DNA from: Octopus sinensis
Taxonomy: Eukaryota
Assembly (NCBI RefSeq): GCF_006345805.1
Contig: NC_042999.1
Coordinates: forward strand, 81,096,001 to 81,160,000
Length of the DNA: 64,000 nucleotides
Reading direction: 5' to 3'
A program made the translations under genes and the position numbers. The stretch's first letter is position 1; each line of letters opens with the position of its first letter. Shown one piece after another: positions 51,966 through 64,000 of this stretch. A model generated the notes under the pieces. That model saw only the letters and a list, made by a program, of their open reading frames with translations, had not been told where the DNA came from and did no database searches.

Positions 51966-54124
51966 CCTGTTTTTTTATTTACCAAACCACTGTTATTTCC
52001 GTTATTACAGCATTGTTACATTTAAAAAAATCATTTTTTATAAATAAAGAATATTTTATGTAGGATAATTTCGTGTACAATTATAATTATAGTTGCAGCT
52101 ACAGCATTAAATAATTATGACAGTTACCCGTTGTTATCAATAAATATTCAGTTCTTTTCCTAAAAAAGTTACTTGACTATAAATGCCAATACGCACACAT
52201 GGACACCCACATACACACATTAGTATCTATTCAATATTTTATTTAATGCAAATGTACAATGCTGTATAACAACTTAAAATAGCATTTTGTTGGAAGTAAT
52301 CTCAAAATAACGCTTTCTTATTTTCCAAGTTTAAATTATTCATAACGCACATAGTTTTCTTAATTCAATAATGTTGGAAAGCTTCTTAAATTAAAATCTT
52401 TACCATACTTCATAATGCCAAAGAAAGTAGATGAAATCTATTGTCGTATTATAATATCACATTGTCGTATTATAATATCACATGTTCGAGAATATGGTAT
52501 TAAAATCTAGTTTGGCATTCGTAGCATCCCAGCTGGTTTGTGAAACAATCTGACAGCTGAAGAAGCCACGTATTGGAATTTAATAATCATTTTTATTGGC
52601 AGATTTTTTACGAGTTTCATTTAAAAGTTATTTTATTATTACATGTAGTTGCTTCTACCAATTTTCTATTATATCAAGTCAAACTGCACAAAAAATAATG
52701 CAGAACTGATTTTCAACGCAAACTTTCTCATCTTCAACAGAGCCAAAATTATATAGACATCTAAGAGTGCAAGAAAGCATCCTTAATATAATCGCAATGG
52801 GAAAATGATATCGGAAAACTGTTTGCCCATATGATAGGGTTTATTTGACTGGAAATCCATGAATCGGCAAGAAATCAACATGAGATTGTAAAGTACCTGT
52901 GATATAAGTTTTGAATGAAATGGGTGTTAGTCGAGGTCAAAACATCATTCGAACACAAGTATGTACGATTGGAAAATGTTATAGAATCATATAGTACATA
53001 TTCCATACAAAATTTTTCAGGAGAACAATTTGAGGTAGTGGAATGGGTTTACGGATACTGCTTTGAGTAAAATGCTTTGGATTAACATTGATTTTAACTT
53101 AGCGCCAAAGTATATTTTGTGTTTTGTCATCTTACGCAGAGCGATAGAATGTTTCATTAATTATCTCTAACAGAATAATCATACACATAGCGTAAAATCT
53201 GTTAGCGACGTAGTAATAAGCTAAAAACTTATTCCTGGTCCGTTCATCCATTTATCAAACTTTTCGACGTCAGTGACAATATTACCTCCAAGTACATTAC
53301 AAACTCCCCAATTATATTCAGAAACGATCGGTCCCACCGACACTTGCCACTTTCACTTAAGTTGAATTTACACTTGTGTCTCTGTCTTCTGAAGTAACAA
53401 GTGTAAGTCTGTGTTTACACAAATGTAGTTTAGTACCCTTTTCTCAGCATGTAACACTCTCGTTCGCAAATGAGGTGATTTCCTTGAAAGTTGGATTGAA
53501 CTGCTTTCACCATATTCAAACTTAAACCGAAAAGATAAATTGGTGAGTATAAACATATGAAATGTTTATTATGTTCAGACTATGATATTATAAATTGCCT
53601 TGAACAGAACGTATAATTTTGAAAAACAAAAACTTAAATTAGTGATGCATATGGAAATGTATTTTCTATATGCAAAATATGATTCATTAATAAGAAAAAC
53701 AAACTGATTACGCAACGGATACGTTGGAGAACAGGGGGAACGGATTTTCGTAAAGCTGCACTTCAATTTTGTGGGAAGAAGGCCAATATTATATTTGTTT
53801 CCTTACAGCTACTAAAAGGATGTTATTATTCTTGTATGCAACGCAGCATATTTATATATAAAGAGATAAAATCACAAGCACGAGCAGCGGAATGGCAAGA
53901 TTCTATTACCCAATTTGCCTAACATCTTAGTTGGACGGCAACGAATTTCAAGTTAATTTTAAATCTATATTATGATATGTCCCGTGTTGAGTTTAGCGAT
54001 AACATGGTCTCATATCACATATTGCAAAAAATATAAAATGCCTGTGGATCAAATGTCTCATGGACACTTTGGTATGCACAGTACAAAAACTTGTGGGGCG
54101 AGTCAGAATGTGGCATTATAGTCC

Positions 54125-54272
54125 TATGGCTGTGTGGTAAGAATCTTGCTTCACAACCACATGATTCCAGGTTCAGTCCCTCTGCGTGTGACACCTTGGG
54201 TAAGTGTGGGCCGACCAAAGCCTTGTGAATGGATTTGGTAGACGGAAACTAAAAGAATCCCATTGTGTATAT
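54125..54272 (+). mobile_element. SINE S3 5' half
   Basis: TGGCTGTGTGGTAAG (A box), GGTTCAGTCCC (B box), GCCTTGTGAATGGATTTGGTAGACGGAAACT. Confidence 0.85.
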
Positions 54273-54278
54273 AAATAA

Positions 54279-54775
<497 letters not shown>

Positions 54776-55461
54776 CAATCGTGCGTTGTTTGAGCTTATA
54801 TATACTTTATATATGGTTTTCCCAAATTTGCATAAAATTCACGTGAAACCTAATGCTGCTCACACAATGAGACACACAAGTGGATGGTAAAATTTTACAT
54901 ATTTCTTTGCTATACACATTTATATACGCATTAATTTATTAACACATACACTCATATATCAGCACGATGGGTTACGTATTAACTATGGATATTCATGCGC
55001 ATAAATATAAATTCACGTACTGATTTAGAATAACATTTACATTTACGGCTATTAGTACATTATACATGCATATATATGTATGCTTCTGTTTTATTGTCTG
55101 GAAATCGAATCTAAAGCACATTTAATTTCATTTTCTCCTGCCATTCTTTAATTTGGCACTTCTCAACATGAACTGATATAATTACAGATGTGGTATATAA
55201 TGAGGTAAAGTGCAGCTAATAGAACACGATTTACACTCTTACTGTTAAGAGTCATTCAGTTGAATAAAAAAAAAAGAATACATCCTGCATATCCATACAT
55301 ACAAAATATATTGAAAAAAAAGGAAATTATTCTCTGAAGGGTTCTAATTACAATAGATGAGATAATAAAATACTCTTATAGGAGCAAAGAATGAAAGTAA
55401 AAAAAAGCAACAAAACAATCGAATAAACAAAACAAAAATTAATATATACATACATACATAT

Positions 55462-55497
<36 letters not shown>

Positions 55498-55545
55498 AAT
55501 ATGTATATATATATAAATACATATAGATAGACATATATATATATA

Positions 55546-55610
<65 letters not shown>

Positions 55611-56269
55611 TGAAAAAAAAACCTTTTTTTTTCTTACAAATTCATATATCTTAATTGTGGATAGAATGCTATGTAATCTCAAAGGGTTGCTATTAAATCG
55701 TCATATCCATTCTAAAGAGCTTTTAACGCACTAAATTTTTTCAGACATTATATCGTTTTATATATTCATTTTGTTGTTACTAACTTGACATAAAGCAGAT
55801 ACTTACTACTACTACTACTACTACTTTCAATTAGTTTATTGCTGTCTTATTTCGACAGGTTTTTTTCATGTTAAGCCTGAACTCTCTAACTTGCGTATGC
55901 ATACACATGCGTGCGTATAATGCTTGCATGCATGAATACGTGTGCGTGTTTGTGCTTGAGTATGAATGCGAGTGCGGAGTGTGTGTGAGATTCTTTGTGA
56001 ATCTGAGTATGTCTAAAAAAAGGAAATATCGAGAAGATATCCTACCTCAAAGGACAAAAAAAGCACCCAATATATAAACCATAGAACCCCACCAAAAATA
56101 TGTATGCTTAAACAACCGGAATACTAAATATTTCAAATTATTATTTCTTTTCTCGCTTTACAATCATATTAACTAGTGAAGTTCTACAGCGTTTCGATTA
56201 GTGTTCGATGTGTGTGACGAGAACACGCTTCAAACTCAATACAATTTTATGTGTAGTGGTATCTTTGAA

Positions 56270-56504
56270 GGCGGCGAGCTGGCAGAAACGTTAGCACACC
56301 AGGCGAAATGCTTAGCGGTATCTCGTCTGCCGTTACGTTCTGAGTTCAAATTTTGACGTGGTTGATTTTACATTTCATCTATTCGGGATCGATTAAATAA
56401 GTACCAGTTACGCACTGTGGTCGAAATAATCGACTTAATCCGTTTGTCTGTCCTTGTTTGTCCCCTCTGTGTTTAGCCCCTTCTAGGTAGTAAAGAAATA
56501 GGTA
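56270..56504 (+). mobile_element. Full-length tRNA-derived SINE S1
   Basis: Head GGCGGCGAGCTGGCAGAAACGTTAGC, B-box-like GAGTTCAAAT, core GATTAAATAAGTACCAGT, tail AAAGAAATAGGTA. Confidence 0.9.
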
Positions 56505-56612
56505 ACTATGAGTACATATATACAGTGTTACAGTAATATCTATATACAAATATAAATCTGTATATATATATATATATTAATAAAAGGAATTCCAACCTTG
56601 TCTGATTTTCAT

Positions 56613-56969
56613 GTTTTATTTACAATCTTATAATGATATAATATAATATAATATAATAGAATAGAATAAAATAAAATAGTATAATGTTAAATGTTCATTG
56701 TTATTGAACTAGTACTTTCATGCATTAAATTATGCAATCTTCAGGTTCATGTAGTAGTGGTAACAGTCATGCTTCACAATTTTTTCACACTCAAAAATTG
56801 TGAAGCATGACTGTCACCACTACTACATAAACCTAACCTCAAGATTGCATAATTTAATGCATGAAAGTACTAGTTCAATCAGAATGAACATTTAACATTC
56901 TACTATTTTATTTTATTCTATTATATTATATTATCTTATATTATATCATTATAAGATTGTAAATAAAAC
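56613..56969. repeat. 357-bp near-perfect hairpin (arms of 172 and 177 bp, 8-nt loop)
   Basis: 56613-56784 is the reverse complement of 56793-56969 apart from about 8 substitutions and one 5-nt indel. Confidence 0.95.
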
Positions 56970-56970
56970 G

Positions 56971-57305
<335 letters not shown>

Positions 57306-57338
57306 TACATAAATACACATATATATTATTTTCTATTC

Positions 57339-57712
57339 TAGGCACAAGGCTCGGATTTTATTCTTCTGTGGGCGGAGCAGCCGACTTCATCGACTCCAGT
57401 ATGCAACTGTTACTTAATTTATCGACCCCGAAAGGATGAAAGGTAAATTCGACTTCAGAACATAAAGACAGACGAAATACCTATTTCATTATTACCCACA
57501 AGAGGCTAAACACAGAGGGGACAAAGAAGGACAGACAAACGGATTGAGCCGATTACATCGACCCCAATGCGTAACTGGTACTTAATTTATCGACCCCGAA
57601 AGGATGAAAGGCAAAGTCGATCTAGGCGGAATTTGAACTCAGAATGTAACGGCAGACGAAATACCTCTAAGCATTTCACCCGGCGTGCTAACGTTTCTGC
57701 CAGCTCGCCGCC
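57339..57712 (-). mobile_element. SINE S1 tandem: young full copy (57478-57712) followed by an older headless body
   Basis: Reverse complement of the 56270 family; the core CCTTTCATCCTTTCGGGGTCGATAAATTAAGT occurs twice. Confidence 0.88.
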
Positions 57713-58164
57713 TTTATATATATGTATGCATGCGCGCGCACTCACACACACTCACACACACACATATGCACACATACATAATATATATGTACATACATAT
57801 CCTCATGTGAGTGTCTGTGTCTCAGTATATACGCACGCGTATTAACAATTTTTACTGGTTCGCTGTATGGAACTTGTTGCTTTAATTGCTAGAAATGTTA
57901 ATTGGAGACAGGTGCACATTTTTTTACTCAGATTTTAACCATTTTATATTGTATTTATTATTCTTTATTGAGTCTTTCGATCTTGTTTAAAGGGTGAAAT
58001 ATCAAATGAAAATGATTGTATTTAACTCGTAATTAAGAATGACGTTAATGACTTTAATGAAGCGATGACGTTAGATTTATATTTGACAATATTATCTTTG
58101 AATCTCCTTCGAATCCATAGAATACTGAGCGAAACGGCTTGTAGCATTCAATTAAAGATTTATT

Positions 58165-58449
58165 ATTGTTTGTTCCTTCTCGAGCCACGCCTGGCTCATA
58201 AGGGCCGGTTTCAGGGTTTTCTTGGCGTATAGGTTTCCACCTGGACGGGATGCTGCTCCGTCGCAGGTGAGCTGCAAGATGAAGGAGGAAAGAGTGAAAG
58301 TTGTGGCGAAAGAGTCAGCAGAAGTTCACCATTACCTTCTGCCGGAGCCGCGTGGAGCTCATCAACACACACATCACCCGGTCTGAGATTCGAACCGGCG
58401 ATCCCTCGACCGTGAGTCGGCTGCTCTAACTACTAGGCCATGTGCCTCC
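58165..58449 (-). mobile_element. tRNA-derived SINE S2 with an alternative tail
   Basis: Reverse complement: GGAGGCACATGGCCTAGTAGTTAGAGCAG...GGTTCGAATCTC...CCCGTCCAGG...TTATGAGCCAGGCGTGGCTCGAGAAGGAACAA. Confidence 0.85.
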
Positions 58450-61029
58450 ACTTTATTATATATACAGTCGTTTAAATTATGATTAGACTGGTTCATATTT
58501 TATGCCCTTATAATTAGACTGGTTCATATTTTATATCACCAGCAATGTATAGTGATCCGCTGCAGTAATTAAATTGAAATAGTAAACAGTCAAAATTTAA
58601 CACTGCTAATTATATTCCTGACGTGCTGCGAATTTTGAAATGTTTTTGTAACATTCTTGACAAATGCTAGACGCTAAACTGTTGCATTCATTTTAGAAAA
58701 TAATATTTGTCGTTTTGTTACGTTTTGCAATGATACTTATCTTAGAACCGCTTACCCTCACACTGTTATAGTTTTTTTTTTCTTTTCTAAACAGCCATAT
58801 TTGCTCTTAACCAACGAATTCTGTTCCTACTAATGCAACAAAATTCATAATTATTCAAGAAAGAGCTAAACCTGATTTTCTTTTCTTTATGCTGCAATTA
58901 GTTTTCGCATAATGGGTTTTTGCAATTATCTAAATAAAGCCAATATCACACTTAGCTTTTATAATCCCAGCACTTACCTCGATGTTCTTTACTAAGTTTG
59001 CTTTCTCTCATTCAGCATTCTATATTTTTTCTCAATCAGAATAGTTACTCATAGCTTTATTGCTTTACAAGGCATTTACAATTTCATTAAATGCAACAAA
59101 TCCTGCAAGAATCAATCTGCAAAGATTACTAGTAAATAAGCCAACAACATTTTAAAGATAAGCCATCGCAATATTAGCTATTGCAACCAAAAGGAAGGGC
59201 TGTACGGTATTCACTTCTCAGTTATATACAGATGTTTGGGAAGGTGGTTTACTCTTCTTTTTAACCATGGATGTCATAACGCCCATGGCACTGTCTCACC
59301 AAGGCACAAAGCGGATCGCTGCACTCATGGTAAAGTATGTAGTTTAATCAACCGAAACGTCGTAGCCTGTATATCCTCAAAGGAATATTGACAAATACTA
59401 TTTTCAGCAGCATTTAAAAGACTCTAACAAAAAGAAGTGGATCTGTTGTCTTAGGAATAATTGATGTTGCTCTGTGAATGATAATGCCAAAAACACAAAG
59501 ACACAACTGAAAAACTAGCTGGAGTTACTCGATGAAAAGAAGCTACTAAGAAGGTTAAAAGGTATGGTACTTACATTATAACATCATATTCAAATGGCAA
59601 TTGAAATAATTGCTTTATGAATTTTTGAATGACTCATGTTGAGGCATGGAGTCATTGCAAAGTAAATTCATACGCAGGAGGTTCGGCGTTTTCCCAACTT
59701 TTACATGCATTACTATGTAGCGTAGGATCTCTAAGCTCCACCTACCACTGGAAGAATTTATAGCCGCTAGATTAAGAGCTGATAGCATATTGCTTCTAGC
59801 TCAGGATGAATACGTTTGACACGCTAACAAGACCGTAAAATTTGGGAGATTGGGGAAGACCCAAGAAGCGGCGAAAAGAGCGAACATGTACTGCAAGCAC
59901 CACTAGATTATAGAGGGAATTTGTCAAGGACACCTACGACTTGGCAACCAATGCACCAGAATGTGGAAACGTACCCATGCTACGGGTATGAGCGCACAAA
60001 GTGCAAAGAATCTGCATGTCAACAGAGAAAGATAGTAGTGTAAAAGAAGTAGGACTTAACTACTAAGTGTCAAAAATAAAATAGAAACTTATGCAGTACA
60101 CCTACATTTCTAGAAGAAACACGGGAACATTGATCAAGAAAAATCGTCCTTTTTGTTGTGTGCTATGTGCTGTAGCTGACTTTTTGTCGAGCCATGTGGA
60201 GCAACACTTTACAGCCTGAATCTTATTTTTCCCGGATGCCATAGGACACTGGAAGAAAACCTATACAAGAGGTAACACGGCAAACTCTTAAAAGAAATAG
60301 CAAATTGGACGGACACGTAGTGAGTCCATCATAGTGCAGACATCAACAACCAAGGATGTTAGAATCTTAATGAAATGCGATAAGACTCCTAAAGCAAAAC
60401 CAATCTTAGAGGATTTATTTTCTATTTTCCATCCAGTCTCAGATTGAGAGATGCAATTCAGCCTGAGTGATAAAATGGGTGAACTTGACTCGCAGAGGAG
60501 AAAGCGCTAACATGTTTTCAAACAGACATAGTCGTACTATCGAAAAATGCAAAGGCAACCAAGCACACAATGTTCTTGGTCCAAATTTCTCATCAGCTGA
60601 AGTGAACAAATTAGTAGCACTCGATTGATGAGGTGCTTGACAAGTGGTGGAATATGGTTTCATTCCCTATTGTTGCCGTCTGCCTCGTCTTTCCATTTAG
60701 ATCGGTACACTATTTCCTACAGATGATTAGTTTGGAATTCAAACGACTAAATGAAGAAAACCTTTAAGAAAGATAGTTCAGGTTGACTCTGGTTCAAACG
60801 AAAAAAAAACACACCAAGAAAACCTTTCACAGATGACGGCTAATTCAGCCCTCATTAACCCCAGTCAGGGGAAGCGCAAATGTTACTATTGCAAGCCTAA
60901 GATGCTTGTTGAAGATTCAAAAAATCTATTGATATTACAATAGATTTAGTAAGCATTAAATAGCTTGAAATAACTGAAGGTCCCTGGGAATTTTTGTTCG
61001 GGGCAAAGCCTCTCTGAAGACTGTTTCCC

Positions 61030-61140
61030 TTTCTAATTTCGGCGCAGGTTCAGCAATTCTGAGGGAAATGGAGAAGTCGTAAAATATTTAACTTGTACTT
61101 TACTTAATCCACGTTGCAAAACTGAAAATGTAAAGATGAC
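61030..61140 (-). mobile_element. Highly degenerate S1-like SINE body
   Basis: Weak match to the reverse S1 core and tail (GGCGCAGGTTCAGCAATT...GTACTTTACTTAAT...AAAATGTAAAG). Confidence 0.35.
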
Positions 61141-62344
61141 TTTTATAATATTTGAACGCAAATTTTAAAAAACCAATTTTTTCAATGCTCTAATATTTCT
61201 GCGAATTATGAATCCTTTTGAGATTTGATAATAGAAAGAAAGAAATTACAAAGAATGTTAAAGGCATTCCTATTTTTCACCGTCGGTAAAAAAACATAAT
61301 CATCATATGAAGGTGATTCAAAGAAACATAAAGAGAAGCAGACTGGCATAGCGAAGTAGCTGTTCGCTGCTATACAGATGCTTAAAGAAGCCATCAGAGA
61401 TTAAATGGTTTGCTCTTACCGAGATTTACAAAAAAAATATAATGTGCACTGCATAATAAACAATGCACACGAAAGGAGAAAGAAAAGGGTAACCTATAAA
61501 ACTATCTTATCTGTTATGTTCTATTTATAAACGAAACCAGCAAATGGAGAGAGGGGGAAAGAAAAGGGGAGAAGGATAGAAAGGGGTGGGATAGAGAGGG
61601 AGCGTTTGTGTGTGTCTACCGCCCGACGGCATGATTAGTCACATAAGCTAGTATAAGCTAATATATAAATGCCGCTTTTTGAGAACTTACAACCTAATAG
61701 AGAATACAACAGGTTGGTTATAAAATATAAAAGAGAAACGAGATAAAACACTCTTAAATGTGTATACTTTCAACGCCTTCTTCTTTATACTTTGATGTAA
61801 ATTTCGAATTTTGATACGCAACTAAACTTAATCTATAAAGGATTGTCTCTCTCAGTTAACTGAATACCAGGTATACAACACCAGTTTGAATTATAAATCT
61901 TACGCAGAGCCAAGTGTGATGCCTCTGTATGATTGTGTATGTGTGGTCTGTATATCTGAGAGAAAGAGAGAAAGTGAGAGAGAGAGAGACAGAGAGAGAC
62001 AGACAGAAAGACAGAAGGAAATACAGAGAGAAGTGCTGAGAGGAGGATAGAATGCAGAGGAAAGAGAAGTGAAGGGAAAGTGCTTCACTGTGTCGTAGAG
62101 TAAATAAATGCCCAGCTCTTTCTACAAAATATGAGCAACAAGTAAAATAAGAAGGGGAAAATTATAAAGAATTATATAATCTGAAGTGGTCCGTTAGTAA
62201 CCAGAAGTTACAGCTGTAAGACTACCTATCTCTTTATAAATTTCTTAGAAATTTGACACTGCCTAGGCTTTGATTTCTCATTTTATCTAACATATACACG
62301 CTCATAACGACCCGTGTTACACTTCTCAATCTTAATGTTACCGA

Positions 62345-62390
62345 AGCCTTGTGAGTGGATTTGATAGACGGAAACTGAAAGAAGCCCGTC

Positions 62391-62461
<71 letters not shown>

Positions 62462-62638
62462 TATATGTTTGTGTGTATGTGTTTAGCCCCCCAACATTGC
62501 TTGACAACCGATGGTGGTGTATTTATGTCCGTCATTTAGCAGCTCGACAAGAGAGACCGATGGGGTGAATTTGCTCGACTAAATGCGGTGCTCCAGCATA
62601 CCCGCAGTAAAATAACTGAAACAAATAAAAGAATAAAC
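62345..62638 (+). mobile_element. Headless SINE S3 with an intact internal (TA)n(GT)n microsatellite
   Basis: GCCTTGTGAGTGGATTTGATAGACGGAAACTGAAAGAAGCCCGTCG-(TA)n(GT)n-...GCTTGACAACCGATGG...GCGGTGCTCCAGCAT...GAAACAAATAAAAGAATAAA. Confidence 0.85.
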
Positions 62639-62723
<85 letters not shown>

Positions 62724-64000
62724 GTGAATGAGAGACAGACAGAGACTGAGAGAGTGAAGGAGAGGAACTCACAGATATCGAGATGCACAGATTCAAGGGG
62801 CCTTAGAAATCATTGGATTTATTAACACTTTTTCACAAGAAATTTTAGTTGTTGAAATTCACATAACAACAAAACACTAGTTCCCACAATTTATTTAACG
62901 GGGAAAATCCCCAAATTTTCAGTTTAAGATAATTTTGGCGTCTAAATGAATTACACATACCTGACAATGCTTAGATGTTTCAACATGATGCAAGACTAAA
63001 TTCACTTAGAGAAATAACAATCCCATTACTAGATTATTGACACGAATTACTACATCCCATAAATTACCTATTTTAGAATTTAGAAGTCATTGACATTTAT
63101 CACTTTCTGTGGAAGTATTTAGCTGCGAAACTATTTCCATGATATTAGGATATATTATCTTAATGTGCTATTTATTAAATTCTGCAAGGGACACCAAAAT
63201 ATCTGATTGGTTATTTAAATACAATTATCTGGCCATAAGACATTATTTCTACTCATATATGATTATGCGTGTCTCACAATGTGCGTCTACGTTCAAGTGA
63301 AGATATTTGTGTATTGGAGTGTATATTTGTGAATGTTTGTATATATTCGTATTAAAGTATGTGTGTGTGCGTGCTTAAGTTAACTGTTCATAAACCGCAA
63401 TAGCATTGTGAACAACTGACGGTAACAGACCACTTTCATTCGTTTAACAACAGAAGTAACATATTAATAAAACATTAAGGTTAAAGTATTTGGCACTAAA
63501 TTCAACTAAGCATATTTATGTGGTATTGTAGGATTAATCTAGCAGTCATAAGAGTCGTATAATAATCGAAGAAATTTGATTTACAGCCCCACTTAGTGTT
63601 ATATTTCTATATTGGTTTGTTAAATTCATTGGTGATTATGTATTAAGAATTTTCTACTTTGTTTCAAGCAACATTGTATCAAGATTTATTGATATGATTA
63701 AATACAACCCCAACAAATAATTAGATATTCACGTGTATTTCACAATTCTCCTGTACTATCTATTTTGCTACACCTGTAGTTTACATTCATTACTTTGCTT
63801 TGTACATATATTCCTATTTTGGAAAAAAAGAAAAGAATTCTTATTTATTAGAAGTATCAAATAAATGATAAGGAGTGAAAGTAGAGGGGATTCAGAAACA
63901 TACCTTAAAAGGAGTTCAAAACATCTTTGTACATTTGAATGCTTTTGTGAGATCCGTTGATTTCGTCAGTTTTTAAAATAATGTCGAAAATATATCAGAT

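Noticed and set aside
52440-52481. Exact 21-bp tandem duplication ATTGTCGTATTATAATATCAC x2
   Set aside because: An ordinary slippage duplication with no further structure.
52740-53070. Frame with repeated TGA suggesting an alternative genetic code (NUMT or endosymbiont insert)
   Set aside because: TAA and TAG stops also occur, and there is no recognisable mitochondrial or bacterial protein.
59160-59565. Two plus-strand exon-like blocks with GT donors
   Set aside because: The second block has stops in all three frames; unsupported without RNA data.
59640-60420. Possible old LINE C-terminal remnant
   Set aside because: No RT or endonuclease motif could be recovered in any frame.

Overview
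AT-rich eukaryotic DNA dense in microsatellites and retroelements. It is most likely from an octopus/cephalopod; that is an inference from the SINE families and repeat style as I recall them, not from a search. No host protein-coding gene could be confidently identified, and most ORFs in the track are microsatellite translation artefacts. Supported content: (1) a near full-length Penelope-like element (PLE; RT + GIY-YIG) with direct pseudo-LTRs, each carrying a minimal hammerhead-like motif, plus several PLE fragments and pLTR remnants; (2) a near full-length L1/Tx1-clade LINE; (3) a 5'-truncated R4/Dong-type RLE LINE between (TAA)n tracts; (4) two mariner remnants; (5) three tRNA-derived SINE families; (6) several large palindromic structures: a MITE-like nested foldback inside a 1.74-kb tandem duplication, an inverted-plus-direct repeat block at 49.4-50.3 kb, and a 357-bp hairpin. 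The most coherent pattern is that retroelement ends sit in simple repeats. PLE ends abut (TA)n, and in two cases a PLE remnant lies inside the internal microsatellite of a SINE. Many frameshifts are 1-nt indels, so assembly error must be excluded. Coordinates were counted by hand, and element boundaries are approximate.
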